Part shown: positions 49,378 through 62,450 of the stretch, piece by piece
Numbering within the stretch: the first letter of the stretch is position 1
Layout of the letters: every line of letters begins with the position of its first letter
From: Octopus sinensis
Taxonomy: Eukaryota
DNA length: 64,000 bases
NCBI RefSeq assembly: GCF_006345805.1
Contig: NC_043005.1
Coordinates: forward strand, 44,516,001-44,580,000
Direction of reading: 5' to 3'
Made by a program: the position numbers and the translations under genes
The notes under the pieces: model-generated
What the model saw: the letters and a program-made list of their open reading frames with translations, nothing else
The model's database searches: none
What the model was told of the DNA's origin: nothing

Positions 49378-49710
49378 GATCCCCTTCACTCATGAAATAC
49401 CATGAGTTTGCACCTAGAAAGTTCCCCTCCAAAGCACAAATCTGGACAAGGTTGTTTATGGAAGCCCGGCAGTCACCCATGCATACCAGCCTCTCCTCTC
49501 CAACCCACCGATGTTATCCAAGGGAAAAGCAAAGGTTGATACAACTTGGCTGTCAGTGGCATTGCAACTTATTTTCTACAGCTGAGTGAACTGGAACAAT
49601 GTGAAATAAAGTGTCTTTCTCAAGTACACAACACACAGCCCGGTCCAGGAATCAGACTCACTACTATCATGATGGCAAGTGTGGGGCTCTAACCATTAAG
49701 TCATGTGTCT
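49378..49710 (-). mobile_element. SINE family C
   Basis: Reverse complement of 402-730 and 24971-25280. Confidence 0.85.
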
Positions 49711-49746
49711 TCATATTAATATATATAAATCCCAGTCTTGATCACA

Positions 49747-49785
49747 ACTGTCTGACAATGGAAACATGAAACTCTGAGTAGCAGT
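49747..49785 (+). ncRNA. Degenerate minimal type I hammerhead (Penelope-type)
   Basis: ACTGT-CTGACAA-TGGAAACAT-GAAA-CTCTGAG-TA-GCAGT: stem I ACTGT/GCAGT, stem III ACTC/GAGT, GUA site; core G8 mutated. Confidence 0.5.
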
Positions 49786-49892
49786 CTTTTTGTAATGTTT
49801 TTGCAGCTTTAATGAAAAAGTATACACATATATATATATAATATATATATATATGCTTTTGTGTTTTTGTTTCTCATTGTGTTCAACGGTTT

Positions 49893-50199
49893 TTTGATGT
49901 CCTGTACCCATATATGTATGTATATATATACATATATATGTAGGTATGTACATATATGTATGCATATATTTATATATTATTTATATATATACATATATCT
50001 ACATCTATCTATATATGTATGTGTGTGTGTGTGTGTGTGTATGTGTGTTTATGTGTGTGTATGTGTGTGTACACACACACACATATATTGATAGATGTAG
50101 ATATATGTATATATATATATAAATAAATGCATACATACATGTACATACCTACATATATATGTATATATATACATGCATATATGGGTACAGGACATCAAA
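49893..50199. repeat. Imperfect ~310-bp palindrome (foldback duplication)
   Basis: TTTGATGTCCTGTACCCATATATG... at 49893 mirrors ...CATATATGGGTACAGGACATCAAA ending 50199; centre GTGT|ACAC at 50070/50071. Confidence 0.88.
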
Positions 50200-51478
50200 T
50201 ATACATGTGTATATGTGTGTGTACACACACACGCACACACACACACGCACACACACCACACACACACATATATATATAATTATATTGCTTTAGCTGTCAA
50301 AAGGGAAAAGAAAGGCACAGTCAAGATAGAATTGGATGAGTGTTCTGACCAACATTATATAAGATCATTGGATGGTCTGGTTGATACTGTGATGTATACA
50401 CACACGCACTCACACACACACACACATACAAATATATGTGTAGATTGTATGCTGTAATGAAGGGAGTAAAAAAATTTTTTTAATATTAGATGCCTTTGTG
50501 TATGGTTCTGTTAAAAAGTTTTACCACCTCATTGATTCACTCAAAAATACCCTAATCTCTTAAACTTTCTCATAGAAATTGATTCATCGTAAAAGTTGGT
50601 TATAAAACCAATCTGTCACATACTCCACTGTCCACCTCCATACCCTCCCCCTTCCCTCCACTCTCTCTCTCTGCTTTTGTTTCTCTCTTTTTATCATAAA
50701 CAAAAGATAAAGAACAGCTCATGTTATCTGCATTCTATTGTTCATTTTCTCAAAGGTATGACAAGAGGACAATTCAGAGATATAATATTTATCTTTTAAA
50801 TTATGATTATGTGTGTGTGTGCGTGTGTGTGTGAGTGTGTGTGTGTGTGTGTGCATGTGTGTGCTCCTTTCCAAGTGGCTATTGTAAATCCTGCTACTAT
50901 CAAGGTTATTATGTCACATTTTTGTTGATGCACCTGCTTGTCACTGGTAGTGGTGGTGTCATTGGTGGTGATGAATTTTATATCTGGTCCTTAAACATTG
51001 CTGATGGTCTTCTTGTGCTACTCATTGTTCACATACACTCAATCTGCAATCAATTATATCTTTCCTTTCCTTATTTTTATCAAGTTCATTTCAAAATTCA
51101 TTTCTGCTAAATTTATATTTTGTCTGCTTTCAATAAACAAAAGTATCTCTGTGTACTTGAAACCTACAAACAAACATGATAGATAAAAGGTTTCAAAATT
51201 GCAATTTAATAATTATTTATTCACAGAAGAATGATAATCCAGCATTAAATATCAGTTCTCTATTCATTCATTTGCATTATGATATCAAATCCCACCGGTG
51301 TTAATTTATATTCTATCCTTCTGAGGGCAACTAAATAGATACCAGGCTATATAAAGAATAAAGTATGTATGTATGTATCCATCTGTCCATCCATCCGTCC
51401 GTCCGTCCGTCCGTCCATCCATCCATCCATCCATCCATCTCTCTCTCTCTCTCTCTCTCCATATATATATATATATAT

Positions 51479-51685
51479 ATCATCATCATCATTTAGCATC
51501 CGCTTTCCATGCTAGCATGGGTTGGACGGTTCAACAGGGGTCTGTGAAGCCAGAAGGCTGCATCAGGCCCAGTCTAATCTGGCAGTGTTTCTACGGCTGG
51601 ATGCCCTTCCTAACGCCAACCACTCCGTAAGTGTAGTGGGTGCTTTTTACGTGCCACCTGCACAGGAGCCAGACGGAGCTGGCAA
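51479..51685 (-). mobile_element. RTE LINE 3'UTR fragment
   Basis: (CAT)n tail, CCGCTTTCCATGCTAGCATGGGTTGGACGG, GATGCCCTTCCTAACGCCAACC. Confidence 0.85.
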
Positions 51686-52403
51686 AGAAAATTATTTCAA
51701 TGCCAATATGCTGATTACAGACTATTCAATCATCAATTTCCACATATTATTTACTCACTACAGAAAAAACATGAAGAACTGAAATCGGGGAAGCTGGCCG
51801 ATAGAATCTTTTTAAAAAGTTCGTTATTTCTATATTGAATCAATTTCGGAATTAATCTCATAAAAGATTCTTTCCTATTCAGTAGAACATACAAAAGGAT
51901 ATAAATAAGATACTTACATACACCATATAAATATATATATACACTGTATAAGAGGAAAAATCAGAACAAAGGCAGAATGAGTATCTCAAGTCACTTAGTA
52001 TAATTCAATTAGGGTAAGTTGAATTTGAAGTCTTACAGCCATTTCTGGGATGACCCAAGTGATTGGCTAGCATGTCCATGCACTGGGTATTCCATTATCA
52101 GAGACAAAGTATGAATATTTTAGACAGGGAAAATTTACAGTTTACAAGGAGTAAAATTCACAATTTATTGGGAATAAAATAGAAGAATAATGAGTAAAAG
52201 TAGTTTTTTTCCAGAGGATATGGATATTGGTTGATACTTCCATGAGGCAACAGGTTTTTAGTTAAAATCCCAGGTAAATCATTATTGTAGCAATAATAAG
52301 ATTATTTGAAGAAAAATCTAATCAAGTGAAGTATTTAGTGATGATGTAGCCAAAAATCATGGTAGTGTATCCTTCCTCCCTCACTAAAAAAACAACACTG
52401 CTT

Positions 52404-52872
52404 AGCACCTTGGGCAAGTGTCTTCAACTGTAGACTTGGATTGACTAAAGCCTTGAGAGTGGATTTGCTAGATGGAAACTGAAAGAAGACTGTTGTATAT
52501 ATTCTTTTAATTTTTTTTACTTGTTTCAGTCGTTTGACTGTGGCTATGCTAGAGCACCACCTTTAGTCGAACAAATCGACTCCAGGTCTTATTCTATTGG
52601 TCTCTTTTGCCAAACAGCTAAGCTACAGGGATGTAAAAACACCAACATCGGTGTTAAGCAATGTGGTGGGAGGGCAAACATACATACATAGATACATACA
52701 TACATAAATATGCACGTACGATGGGTGTCTTTCAGTTTCTGTCTACCAAATCCACTCACAAGTTTTGGTTGGCCTGAGACTATAGTAGAAGACACTTGCC
52801 CAAGGTGCCACACAGTGGGACTGAACCCAGAACAATGTGGTTGTGAAGCAAGCTTCTTACCACACAGCCACT
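52404..52872. mobile_element. Inverted pair of SINE B: partial (+) 52404-52500 and (-) 52518-52872
   Basis: CACCTTGGGCAAGTGTCTTC...GAAACTGAAAGA and its reverse complement at ~52735-52810. Confidence 0.8.
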
Positions 52873-52883
52873 CATATATATAT

Positions 52884-52975
<92 letters not shown>

Positions 52976-55900
52976 CATATATAGGGAGAATTCGCAAAAA
53001 AAATGACGAAGAAAGTTGGTGTAGAGAACAAACAGATGTATTAGTATAACACTCGGGAAGTGAAAATGTCTTTAACTATTCGAGCCTGCACTCTTCCACT
53101 GAAAGGAACACAGAAAGAAACAAGGAGTGAAAATAAAGAATGTGTAGTGGCTATATATATATATATTTATGTGTGTGTCTTTGTGTCTTTGTTTGTCCTT
53201 CACCATCACATGACAACTGAGGTGTGTTTATGTCCCCATAACCTAGCAGTTTGGCCAAAGAGACTGACAGAATAAGTACTAGGCTTACAAAGAATAAGTC
53301 CTGGGGTAGATTTCTTTGACTAAAAAAAATGGTCTTTAAGGTGGTGCTCCAACATGGTCACAGTAAAATGACTGAAACAAGTAAAAAAATAAGAGAATAA
53401 ACCCATGTTGTTTTTGTTGTTGTTTAGCTCGACATTAACTCTGACTGAGCAAACACACAATGAATGGTATTCCTTCCATGACAGTTGATATTTAGTTGCC
53501 ACAGATAACCTATCTAGTTCCATATCATCTGATATTTTGTCTCTTTTTAAAATAGTAGGGATTTGAAAGGGTACAAGCTGACCAAATTGTTGGCATGGTA
53601 GACAAAATGCTTAGTGGCATTTCTTCTGGTTTTACATTCTGAATTCAAATTTCATCCTTTCAGGTTGATAAAATAAGTACCATTGTACAGTGGGGTGATT
53701 GTAATCGACTTAACCCCACGAAAGAAAAAAAAAAAGGAAAAATTTAAGCATCGTTCTTATAGAAAAATGAATAGTTTAATGAGATTTAGAAGAGATTTGG
53801 TTGTTATTTCTGCCAGGTCAAACAATTATATAATGAAGAAGTTTTCAAACTGTCTTATTACAATTTTGGTATACCACTGTTGATATCTAGGTGTGTCATG
53901 AAATTAAGTCAAATCTTAAGAATTTTTATGAATTCTTATGTAGCTTTCTTCTATATACATTTGTCAAGTTGGATTTTACAACAATGACATATTGTTTGGG
54001 CTGAATTTGAAGATGTTTTTAATGTCTTCTTTTTTCAGGAACAACTTGATGTACTGTATTCTAATTGGTGAACAATCAATAGCTTTGGGGAGCATAACGA
54101 TTAAAGTTGTAGTTGAGAAAAAGTCACCTGCCATTATGGAATGGAGACCATCTGAATATTAGGAAAGAGTTACCTGGAAGTTTAAAAATGTTAAACAACG
54201 GAATGAAGATGTCTTTATCAAACGTTTTAACCAAGAACTGTGTTCTTTACATCATGTTCATGTATCTTACAGAATTGTTTATTTTTTGTATATACTTTAC
54301 AATATATGTTTGGCTTTTTTAATTTGGTTGATTGATGTGTTGTGAAAATTCTGTTTTTTTAAAAAGAGTGCTATCAGTGCAATTAGTTTGGAAATCTCTG
54401 ACAGAGAGGATAGTTGGTTCAAATCCAACAAGTTTTAAAGTGGGACTATAATGAAGACACATTTTCTACCTCACTTGAACTCTTATCTAAATGGTTAATA
54501 TTAAAGTGAGAACTCTATTGTAAACTCTCTCATCTAATTATTTATGATACCATAAAAACAATGATAATTGATATGTAGGGAAGTTAGGAAAAAGAATGAC
54601 TTTTGAGTTATCAGTTTTAACTTCTACTAAAAATGTGGGTTTCTAAAAATGAGGAGAGCTTCTGCATTGTCAACCTACCAGAGATAGCAGACAGACCTCA
54701 CTCAAATTAAATTCTTCTATCTTTAAAAACAGAATTTAAACCAGCTACACTAGAAATCAAAATCGTGTTAGTGTTATGATTTAGAACCTCTCCAATAAAT
54801 ATATCGGTTGTGCATGTTTTATTGAATATAGTAACAGTACACTTATTAGGTTGTTGTCTCTGTAACAATATAGCTCATACAAACAGGAAGCAAAACCAGA
54901 CATATGAAATACCCAATAAAGTTGACATCATTTACTTCAAAATTTTGATTGATCAGTCAAGGGACCTACAAGCTTACCTGTTCAATTAATGCAATGCTAG
55001 GGAAAGACTTCTCTGATTAGCTATTTTATAACATGTGACCAAATTTGGGATTTATGCAATCTTTCAGTTCTTCTTTGAACTCAGTTGCCATTTGTCTTAT
55101 CCTCCTATTTTCCCAGAAAACTCTCCATTTTGTCTGATACTTTGATTCTTTCTTATTACATGTCTCTTGCTAGAACTTTCTTTCAATTTTCTCACAGATC
55201 ATTCTTTCTTTAACTTTCTTTTGTAAATCAAATCACCCAAGATAATTTCATACAAAACTTGATATTACTCGAGCAAGATTTTATGTGATTGATAAATGTG
55301 AATGTGGCATGTCTTTAATGAGAATAATGATGATATACCAACAGAATTCTAGATCTGGAATGAATAGATCAAAAGAAAGATTTTAAATTGCGAAAATTGG
55401 ATTTCTGCTGTAGTTAAATAAACTACAATACAAATATTAGTTTGCAACAAGGGAGTTCTTTCATCTAAAGATGAGTGAATAACTGAATATATTTATCATT
55501 GGAAATCACGAGGTTTTTGCCCTCAAAGAGAAACTATGATCATCACAATCATCATCTTCATGTAAAAGTTAATATTTGCTTTCTTAAGCTGCTCTGAATT
55601 TGATTTCTCTTCATAACTGGCTCTCAAACTGACCATCCTCTTTTCCATTTCTTCTGTTAACATTAGCTTCCATTCTCTTGGGCTGATCTCAACTATTTCT
55701 TTCTAGCTGTTCTCTGTTGTACTTATATTCATTAACAAGTATTACCTTCCCGAAAGATATATGCTGACTCGAGGCATGAGATATATCCACCTACTGGATT
55801 AACCCTCCTCTGCTCAACCTCCTAGAAACAGCAGCCAAATTTCCCTCAAATATTATCTTGCCATCTTGAGAAATGGAAGTGTACAGTGGATAATGTATTC

Positions 55901-56074
55901 CTATATACTTTTTATTAAAAGTATTATCTTGGCTGGATTGCCTTTGATTATAGCTTTGCACCATCAGAGCTGATCTGGAGCTAAACAACAACAGCAACAC
56001 CACCAGTAGCAGCAGCATCAATAACATCTCAGTAAAAACCAGGAAGAGTTGAATAAATTATTAACAAGGTGTAG

Positions 56075-56420
56075 GAGTAGCTATGAGGTAAGTAGCTTGC
56101 TTACCAACCACATGGTTCCGGGTTCAGTCCCACTGCGTGGCACCTTGGGCAAGTGTTTTCTACTATAGCCTCGGGCCTTGTGAGTGGATTTGGTAGACGG
56201 AAACTGAAAGAAGCCCGTCGTATATATATATGTACATACATATATATATATGTCTGTGTGTGTGTATATGTTTGTGTGACTGTATTTGTCCCCCCCCAAC
56301 ATCGCTTGACAACCGATGCTGGTGTGTTTACGTCCCCGTAACTTAGTGGTCCTGACTAAAGGCGGTGCTCCAGCATAGCCGCAGCCAAATGACTGAAACA
56401 AATAAAAGAGTAAAAGAGTA
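56075..56420 (+). mobile_element. SINE family B with two internal deletions
   Basis: Lacks CGACCAAAGC after GGGC and lacks the AAAAGAGACC...GGGGTCGAT block present at 26829-27232. Confidence 0.88.
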
Positions 56421-56751
56421 TGCTGATGAAGTCTAATAGATTGAATCATGTCCATAATTGTCCCTTGTCAGCATTGATAAATTTAATTTTTTCCCCCTTG
56501 CATAAAAGTTAACTTTGACAAATTAATTCTTAATTACTTGAAAGTATCTCCTTTGTTCTTTGAGATTTACTAACAATTACTGCTAGGTATTTGTTATTTT
56601 CCTTTCTGCAACTAAACAGGAAATTTCAGTGAATTGAAAATGTTCTCACATATGGCATTTAGTACACCAGTCAGTAACATATTTATTCAAATCCTCTTTT
56701 AACACTCATTTCACTTTGCCCAAGAATTGACTATATCTGAAACTTCCTTAG

Positions 56752-56969
56752 CCCTTAGCATTCAAATTATTCTGTCAAATGCAATGGCTATATATTCACA
56801 CCATTTTGAATTACTCATGTATTATCTTGTAAATTTCAAATTTCATCGATGTGATCATTTATGTTTGGAAAGACAATGTTGGGTAGGTGCAAGAGGTCAA
56901 ATCTGGTCAGTTTGAACTAAAATCAAGAAGGATATTTGGGGTGGATATAGCTGGTTAAATGCTAAAGGG
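56752..56969. mobile_element. piggyBac-type MITE, uninterrupted (218 bp)
   Basis: TTAG|CCCTTAGCATTC ... AATGCTAAAGGG|TCAA; colinear with 24778-25303 minus the SINE. Confidence 0.75.
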
Positions 56970-57194
56970 TCAATAATATTAATTACCCAACCAAACAGTA
57001 ACACAATATTTGAATTTAAACAGTAGCTGTACAATCCTCATATGACTCCTTCCAGATTAGAAAAGAACAGAGATGATCATAGATTGAGCTATTTTACCCT
57101 CATGACTCCTCTGATTGCAAAATCCTGTTCACACTGACCGCTCAATCTAATCTAATAATTTTTCATTTCAAGTTGATCAATTCAACAGAATATC

Positions 57195-57410
57195 TTTTCT
57201 AATCTAGGCACAAGGCCTGTAATTTTAGGGGGTGGGGGCCAGTCGATTAGATCGACCTCAGTACTCAACTGGTACTTAATTTATCGATCCCAAAAGGAGG
57301 AAAAGCAAAGTCGACCTTGGTGGAATTTGAACTCAGAATGCAAAGACAGACAAAATACCACTAAGCATTTTGCCCAGTGTGCTAACATTTCTATAAGCTC
57401 ACTGCTTCAT
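57195..57410 (-). mobile_element. SINE family A
   Basis: Reverse-complement family A; CAACAGAATATCT occurs on both sides (57183 and 57412), a possible TSD. Confidence 0.8.
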
Positions 57411-59189
57411 TCAACAGAATATCTGTCAGTAAAAGGACTACTGGTGCTGCACTCTGCACATGGCAAGGGCATTTAATTCTCAGTCCAAAAGTACCTAAAA
57501 AGGTAACAGGCAGAGAACAAATGTTTTATAATACTTCATTGCTGTCTGCCAGCACATCTCAGTCTTAACCCTTAGGAGATGACAGAGCCAATCTATCAGC
57601 CAAAAAGTTTAATGATGAAAAAGATTGTATTAGTTCATTCAGTTTCCTATAAGAATATATATAATTTTATGCATGTAAAGTAATTACTTTATTTTTTATA
57701 ATTTAAAAACACAATAAGTACATGCCCTCTGTAGGGGGTGTGAAAAGGGTTCTGTCTTCTTGGCATTGAAACTCCAAATGAAGCACTGTTTCTAAAGGGT
57801 TAATAAAAGTGCTCCCACTGTAGCTGTTTTAACTAAATCCATTATCTTCCTCCTACCAAGATGGTCTCGTATGAGCTATTATTAAAAACAACAAATGATG
57901 ATAAACTAAGAAGTCATTTTCAATAATCTATCAGCTCTTTCTCTCATAGTATCAACCACTCCCTCTTTCCTTCCATCATACAGTATTTACTCTCATCCCT
58001 GATTTGATAATAAAATTTGTTTATTTTATAAGGTATTTTAAACAATATATTCTCTTTCTACCTAACCTAAAACTTTATTTAATTGCATTCACAGAATACA
58101 TCTTTCTTTTATTTTTTTTCCATTTTGGACTTCATCAAGTGCTTGATGATTATGTCACAGTTTCTTTATTTTCTTGAGAAATTTTATAAACTTTATTGTT
58201 TTACTTTAATGTAGAAAGATACTTGATTCAAACTTTCGCACTGCTTGTGAAGGTTGAAGTATTGTTCTTTTTGTACTTAAATGCAAAGCTATTCGAAAAA
58301 TTCTTTGAGATAAAAATCTTCATTTTTCTACTTAATGTAGTCTATCTCATCTTCATACTTTACATATATTTCTGTTTTTGGTTTTTTTAAACATTCATGC
58401 TACATATTTATTTACTTCTCTAATTGTTATTTCTAAGACAGTGATAGTTCTTTTTAAATCCTTTCTAAGAATTTCAGATTTAATTGAAACCTTTTTTTCA
58501 TACATTGTCCAATTTTTTCATACTTTTTTCCATACATTTCTCATACTTTTTATTCAATTATTTTCAGTTGTAGATTTTATTTATCTACTTTCTTCCCTTT
58601 TAAATGTTAATTTTCTCTTATTTGTTAAACTCTACCCGTTTATATCAATGACTTTTATAATGTTTGCTCAATTTATTTTCAGTTTCCTTTTCTTCTGGCT
58701 GTTTATTTTGTTATTAGGTATGGTTTATTTGTTATAAAACTGTATAATTATTATAATTATGTTAATTTTCATCTTACACAAGTTTTATAAATTGTTAGTA
58801 TATATATGTGTGTGTGTGATGTGTGTGTATATGTCTGTGTGTTTGAGTGTGTGTGTGTGTATTGTGTGTGTGAGAGAGGGAGGGGGTTAATATTGATCAG
58901 TGAGAATGAGTGTTCAACACCACATTGTGGATAAATGTTCTTTATTTGTAGGTTAGTCAGACTTCCATTGAATTCATGTTGAGAGAGATGCCTCTCAACA
59001 ATTATTCAAATACTGCCACATGAGACATTAGTGTTCATCTCCATCTTGATCCAAGATGGAGATATCTCTTTCAGTATGAAACCAATGGTAATATGATTAA
59101 CCAATGAATGAAGTATGTGTGGTGTGTGTGTGTTATGCAATAGAAGCAGTGTTAAATTTAAATAGCATCTATCTACCATACTTTATGTA

Positions 59190-59576
59190 CAGGGTGTTTT
59201 GGCTAAATTTGGTAGTTTACATAAAAGGAAAAGAAAAGACAATATTCCCTCCAAAAATAAAAGTATTCTTAAAAATCAAAAAATATCAACTAGCTTATGG
59301 CTAGTTGGAAAGTGATTTTACAGATGATGAGAAATACAATGGTTTTCACTGGACAATTTTGTTAACCAAGTTTGATACCCACAAAGTGCTTATAAAATAA
59401 TAGGTTGCTCAAAGTAGCAGCCTTCAGCTTTCACCATAACTTCAAGATGGCTCTAGAACCTGGTGCATGTGTTCCCCACTGTGGCCCAGTGAAGATCTTT
59501 GAACACCTCCTTGTTCTTGGCCACCAGCAGGGTGGTTGATGTCTTTCTTAACCATGCACTCCACACAGTAACCCAT
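59190..59576 (-). mobile_element. Tc1/mariner-superfamily remnant (transposase C-terminus and right TIR)
   Basis: MGYCVECMVKKDIN (degenerate MDYYVWG.VEKD.N) / LVAKNKEVF...TCTRF*SHLEVMVKAEGCYFE; TA|CAGGGTG terminus at 59188-59196. Confidence 0.65.
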
Positions 59577-59771
59577 GACATTATATATATATATAAATGG
59601 GGAAGTCTAGTTTATGGGACTACCTTAAGTTTCCTGTCCATAAATGGTTTAGCTTTATGGTGCATCACCAGACCCCAAAAATCTGTTAGCCTATGACCTC
59701 TTAAAAATATTGTGGATAAATGCCTCACTACTCAAAGGTAACAATTGGGAATTACCTCCCTTTGCTATTGG

Positions 59772-60125
59772 CTACCAACTTCTGGCTGTACCACCATCTT
59801 GCTGGCTCCAAAAAGCTAGCAGAAACATCCTGAAATGTAAACATGGCCTAAAAATCTCCATTCTGGAGTTAAGTATGTTCCCTGATTCAAGTGAGTCTTT
59901 TAGGATTCTCATGTGTTCAGCTATGGATAACTTGCAACACTTTGTCCCGTTGATGTAGAAGCCTGGGTTCTTGAGCATTTTCCATGAGATTGAATATGGA
60001 ATACCATTGTCTCTTAGTTGCCAAACGTGGCTGGCCAGCGATGTTATGTATCTCCTTTCTGGAACTCTGAAGGAGGAGGAGTTGTGGTTGGAGAGACATT
60101 GCTTGAAAGAGTTCCCGGGACATCC
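59772..60125 (-). pseudogene. Penelope-like element GIY-YIG endonuclease C-terminal fragment
   Basis: FKQCLSNHNSSSF...TSLASHVWQLRDNGIPYSISWKML...CCKLSIAE...LNSRMEIFRPCLH..FLL matches the PLE 'FK.R..NH..SF...L..HIW.LK...I.W.IL...C.LC..E...LN.R.E...C.H' pattern. Confidence 0.85.
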
Positions 60126-60139
60126 AATGTATATGTATG

Positions 60140-60185
<46 letters not shown>

Positions 60186-60267
60186 AATAAGCACATAAAT
60201 GCAGAACAAGGTGGAAAAATATTGTACTTGAATACCAATGGTAGGCTAATATGCAAAATTTTCACAG

Positions 60268-60309
60268 AACTGATACTCAGAGTTTCATGTTCCCGTTCAT
60301 CGGACAGAT
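60268..60309 (-). ncRNA. Degenerate minimal type I hammerhead in a PLE terminal-repeat fragment
   Basis: ATCTGT-CCGATGA-ACGGGAACAT-GAAA-CTCTGAG-TA-TCAGTT; same stem III as 49747-49785; core U4 mutated. Confidence 0.5.
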
Positions 60310-60589
60310 GTGATGACTGCTGAATTAAAATTGTGATTGTATATGCAGTATAATTTTATGTGACATACACTAGAATAACTGTGGGCTGAGTCTGTCCTCT
60401 CCAGGCAACACTTTTATAGGGGCACTACTTATGGGTCTGCTGTAGGCAATATGTGGTTTTTTTAGAGTCCGGGGGACAACAAACTGAAAGGCTGCTCCAG
60501 GCGGCACACACTCTAGCCACACTAGTAGTGACATAATGCAAATTAGCAAATAAGCATTTAAAATTTAAATGCTTGTTCATCCATGCCTT

Positions 60590-62100
60590 GTGTTCCCTCA
60601 TTCATATATCTTGTCCAAGTTTTGTTCCAGCAATACCATCGTTAATATCATCTCATTAATGTAGATATGATTCTCAATGTATTTCTGTTTTTGCATTTTA
60701 TATAATATAACATCTCTGACTTTATTTTTGCATGCATATTAACAAAGTATTGTTGACAAGGTTGATGGTAGTAATGAGGATGACCCAACAAATTACTTGG
60801 AATCATCAATTAATAAACATAATAATCCATACTGGATAAGGTCTTTTTCTTTCTTTGCAAGTGATTCTACCAACTTAAATTGCTGAACTGGTATCCATCT
60901 TCTCTGTTAATAAAAGACGAAGGATGTTGTAAATAATCATATGAACAATGAGTTTCATTTATGAACTTGATGTTACTGTCACATGATACTTTGAACCAAT
61001 ATGTCATTTACCACATTCTCTTCCAGCCATAATAATTGCTACTTCATTACACTCAGGAACATTAAATTGATAGATATGTTCTCCTGCTGGTCTTTTGTCG
61101 ACATCAGTGAAGTACATTCTAAACCATATGGAAAGCTTCTGAAATAAAAATTCTTTACCTGAAGTATTTATTGCCAATTCCAAAAAAAAAAGTTCCCATA
61201 TTGTACTGAGACAGTTCTTGCTGCAACATTGTGCTCCTTTTCGAATGTCACTTATAAAATATTTCTGTAAAAATTGTGAATCTTTATCCTGTAGATGCTG
61301 AAAAGGGCCAGTTCTGGGATTAATTTGTCCTTGCACTTTAAAAGTTGGTATAAACCCACTTTCATCAATAATTTTTTCCTCCATATGATGTCATTTAAGA
61401 AGCACAATAGAACGCTTGAATGTTTTTTTTAAGAAAGAGTTTTGATTCTGAAATGGTACTCAAAAGAAGTTTTCTTGTAAATTCTTGTGGTAGAATTATA
61501 GGGAAATGGACCTTTCTGTAAGAACAATACATACCTAATGATTCCTTGCCCAAACTTCTAGCACCACACATGCCACATATTTTGCACTTAGAACCCAGGT
61601 ATACAATTTTTTTTCAGATGCATAATCATGATTACGACCATAAGAACCATATCCAGCCATTGCCTTCATCCATATGTTTTCTGTAGATTATCTCTGAAAA
61701 GCTTTTTCTTTTTCAGTTTCATTTTTTGGTCTTTTTCACACTCTTATGCTCTATTTATTCTACATTTTTTTCTCCATTTATGCCATTTGTTTTCTATCGC
61801 TTTTTTCTTTTCTTTTTTCTTTTTTCATTTCTATAATTTTCTTTCTCTCTCTGCAATCTTGAGTCTCCATCTTTATTACTTTTATGTTTTCTTGTCCTCC
61901 TCTTATATTTCCTCACATTTCCAATCATATTCCTCTACCTTTTTCATTTCCTTCATATATTTTCTTATGATTATGCACTGTTATTTTTGCCGTCCTTATT
62001 CTTTTTCTTTCTTTTTTACACTTTCTTGTAATGTTTTTTTTTCCTCTACATTTCTCTTATGCTCATCATTGTGAATGGGAAAGAGAGAGAGCATCATTGT
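60590..62100 (-). pseudogene. Helitron Rep-helicase N-terminal/Rep-region remnant
   Basis: Charged K/E-rich N-terminus, CKICGMCGA...C Zn-motif region, GFIPTFKVQGQ, FLQKYF, DKRPAGEH..QFNVPECNEVAIIMAG, INETHCSYDYLQHP..EDGY, CQQYFVNMHAKIKSE; several stops and frameshifts. Confidence 0.9.
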
Positions 62101-62264
62101 GGCTCTTGTCAATTTGACCACTGTATAATACAAACGTCTTTCTTTACATAAATGTTTGACTTCATATGGTGAACAAAGGATGAATAATCTAATCAACATT
62201 TTGGGATGAACCTGAATTTCCATATTGTACATTTCATTAATAACAGCCAATTCTATATTGATTT

Positions 62265-62450
62265 CAAATTTTGGTTTCAAGGCCAGCAATTTTAGGTGAA
62301 GGGATGAGTCAATTACATTGAATCCAGTGTTCAGTTGGTACTTATTTTATTGACCCCAAAAGGATGAAAAGCAAAGTCGACCCTGATAGCATTTGAACTC
62401 AGAATGTAAAGACAGATGAAATGCTGTTAAGTATTTTCATGTCCGGTAAG
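62265..62450 (-). mobile_element. SINE family A (head truncated)
   Basis: TTTCAAATTTTGG...GACCCCAAAAGGATGAAAAGCAAAGTCGACC...TTTGAACTCAGAA. Confidence 0.8.

Noticed and set aside
50294-50392. Candidate exon (AVKREKKGTVKIELDECSDQHYIRSLDGLVDTV)
   Set aside because: Embedded in microsatellites, weak donor, no family recognised
51950-52012. Candidate exon (EEKSEQRQNEYLKSLSIIQLG) with G|GTAAGT donor
   Set aside because: Non-canonical acceptor context; unsupported without transcripts
53010-53140. Another PLE-like terminal fragment with possible hammerhead
   Set aside because: Core too degenerate to assign CUGANGA/GAAA
54039-54320. Protein-like plus frame after TTTTTTCAG
   Set aside because: Contains an internal stop and no recognised motif
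55020-55740. Purine-rich minus-strand coding-like sequence (KEIVEISPREWKLMLTEEMEKR)
   Set aside because: Multiple stops; probably an old TE that I cannot classify
58196-58737. Hydrophobic F/L/I-rich ORFs resembling membrane proteins (also 61628-62074)
   Set aside because: Compositional artefact of T-rich DNA; the second is antisense to the Helitron K/E-rich N-terminus
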